DNA of 64,000 nucleotides from a virus (Duplodnaviria; Caudoviricetes): IMG/VR virus record IMGVR_UViG_2588253764_000003; one strand, 5' to 3'. Shown piece by piece: positions 63,001 to 64,000 of this stretch (position 1 is its first letter; each line of letters starts with the position of its first letter). The notes under the pieces were generated by a model. It saw only the letters and a program-made list of their open reading frames with translations, ran no database searches and was not told where the DNA came from. The position numbers and the translations under genes were made by a program.

Positions 63001-64000
63001 TTTTATCCTCAACCGCTGTCATGCTCTTTAAGGCGCTAATCTCCAAAACATCACTAACGTCTTGCCCTAAAATCATCTGGTTAAGGGTGATTTCGAAATT
63101 CTCATCATGAGCAAGCAAAGCATTGATCACTTGCCAGACAACACTGTATCTCTTGTTGTATTTTAAAGCCTCTTCAGCAGAAATCCCAGCCGGCACCCCA
63201 ACGGGTAAAATGATATAGCCTCTTTTCTTGCCTTTGGCACGGCGCATGATACGCCCCACCGCCTGTATCACATCCACTTGGCTTTTGCGCGGGTGTAAAA
63301 ACATGATCGCATCAAGAGCAGGAACATCAACACCCTCAGAAAGACATCTTACATTGGTCAGCACACGACAAGTATTTTCCCCCGCATCTTCCTTTAACCA
63401 ATCAAGGGCTTCATTGCGCTTCTTGGCACTTTGCGTTCCATCAATATGAGCAAAGGTACACTGAAGAGGCGGCGTCTCTTTATAGAGCTTATGAAGATTA
63501 TATAATTCTTTCTGTATTTCTTGAGAATTGAATGTGTCACGGATACGTTCAGAAGTCTTGATATCTTTACAAAAAGCCAAAGCCCGACGCATAGGGTTAG
63601 GGTCATCACTCAGATCAACTTTTAGATCTATTTTGCTAAGAGCTTGATAACAGCCTATGATTTTGGTTTTATCATCAAGAGTAAGTTCATAATTCTCATC
63701 GGTCATCAGATGTTGAATGGATTCACTCACTTCCTCTTCATTAACGCCTAAGATAATAATCTTATAAGGAACTAAGAGTTCATTCTTAACGGCTTTTGAG
63801 AATGTATAGGTGTAAAGATTTTTTCCATAGAGGGCTTCATCATCCATAGACGCTAAAATGCCATTCATTTCATGGGCTTGTTTTTTAGCACTATCAGCAA
63901 AGATCTTAGGCGTTGCAGTCATATACAGACGTTTTTTACCCCGAATGATGCTGTTATCATGAACCTTGATAAATTCAGATTCATGCTTGTCTGTTCCCAA
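60068..64000 (-). CDS. Type ISP RM enzyme (El4, partial, 5' end outside window)
   Basis: Essentially identical to the C-terminal 1310 aa of 42212-47185. Confidence 0.92.
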   Translation of the reverse strand: MGTDKHESEFIKVHDNSIIRGKKRLYMTATPKIFADSAKKQAHEMNGILASMDDEALYGKNLYTYTFSKAVKNELLVPYKIIILGVNEEEVSESIQHLMTDENYELTLDDKTKIIGCYQALSKIDLKVDLSDDPNPMRRALAFCKDIKTSERIRDTFNSQEIQKELYNLHKLYKETPPLQCTFAHIDGTQSAKKRNEALDWLKEDAGENTCRVLTNVRCLSEGVDVPALDAIMFLHPRKSQVDVIQAVGRIMRRAKGKKRGYIILPVGVPAGISAEEALKYNKRYSVVWQVINALLAHDENFEITLNQMILGQDVSDVLEISALKSMTAVEDKIYVYEKPESAGLEIGKAAYEPQKYIHSVTGRLPFYKEFPNALKTLLAKKFTLADYWGIWAGNVAEIAQNHINRLKDILSDETSEAFHAFESFHKELKNNLNSEIKQEEALEMLAQHLVTRPVFEALFDGNEFVQNNAISQAMEKILAELDKTNIKQVSKELQEFYDSVKFRASGITSPQARQNLIIKLYEDFFTKAFKKTTDRLGIVYTPVEVVDFIIHSVDDVLRNEFGKSLGSRGVSILDPFTGTGTFITRLLQSNLIKPEDMEYKFRHDIHANEIVLLAYYIAAINIESTYHSLMKGEYIPFKHIGLTDTFRMLEEKNLLQELFKENSEYLEHQKKLDIKVILGNPPYSTKQKNENDNAKNTPYPILDKRISETYAAHSKATNMQALYDSYIRAIRWASDRIGNAGVIGFVTNAGFITGHSMDSLRKCLVEEFSSLYIFHLRGNARTSGEQRKKESGGIFGSGSRAPIAISILVKNPNAQQHGKIYFRDIGDYLNREEKLTIIEKLRSIDGITRSKKGWQIIKPDRHNDWLSQRDDSFKTFLALGVKKGHDQKLFENFSRGIMTSRDAWAYNSSRETLAKNMRNMIAFYNSEVERFNNSYSHADHKLRTNAIDSFVNSDERKISWSYNLKRDLVKGKSFNFEEACLTQSLYRPFTRQWLYCDAALNCDGAYQMRIFPIGQAVENRMIQITGIGAKKDFSVLMTKVVSDVNMMEGGSQCFPRYIYEDTTVSKNKNKEQSHLFTNSTENSKTAGLQRRDAITDEGLAHFKAAYPNEKIAKDDLFYYVYGLLHSKDYRSRYADNLSKELPRIPCVKSTDDFWKFVTAGRELGHLHVNYETVEPYPVTFKKGNPKFTEISNPEKFYYVTEMKFAKIKNSKEKDKSTVIYNSNITITDIPLEAYKYIVNGKPALEWVMGRQCVKTDKKSGIVNDANRYAVETVGNPAYPLELFQRVITVSLETIKIVKNLPKLEIRETE

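Larger units (their letters stand above)
54643..64000 (-). mobile_element. Satellite-like element El4 (partial), inserted in the major capsid gene; near-identical inverted copy of El3
   Basis: Distal end motif ACAATAAAGTCAATATTTTGAGCG at 54673. Sequence is the inverted counterpart of about 43250-53480. Confidence 0.9.

Noticed and set aside
1-64000. Whole repeated structure being an assembly artefact
   Set aside because: The copies differ in integrase patches, cargo, RM alleles and RNA specificity, and two have exact target duplications that restore reading frames. Local collapse between El3 and El4 cannot be fully excluded.

Overview
AT-rich alphaproteobacterial DNA. The gene set looks like Bartonella genomic islands, judged by recognition and not by a search. 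The backbone is a phage or GTA-like head-packaging operon on the + strand: terS - terL - portal - scaffold - major capsid. Four of these five genes are each interrupted by a separate copy of one family of P4-integrase satellite-like elements. El1 (<1-7294) sits in terS, El2 (10737-37088, about 26.3 kb) in the portal gene, El3 (37870-53491, about 15.6 kb, inverted) in the scaffold gene, and El4 (about 54643->64000) in the capsid gene. For El2 and El3 both junctions are visible, and excising at the duplicated cores restores an in-frame portal (about 672 aa) and scaffold (about 299 aa). The full element, seen in El3, carries an integrase, an AlpA-like protein, a DUF3987 Rep, iteron-like modules, a Type ISP restriction-modification enzyme with variable target-recognition region, and a cassette-like array of hexapeptide-repeat genes. 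That array follows a C4/CI-like antisense RNA whose specificity co-varies between elements. El2 has replaced its rep module with a CDI/two-partner secretion locus (CdiB, CdiA, lipoprotein immunity, orphan toxin-immunity cassette). No rRNA, tRNA or CRISPR array is seen.
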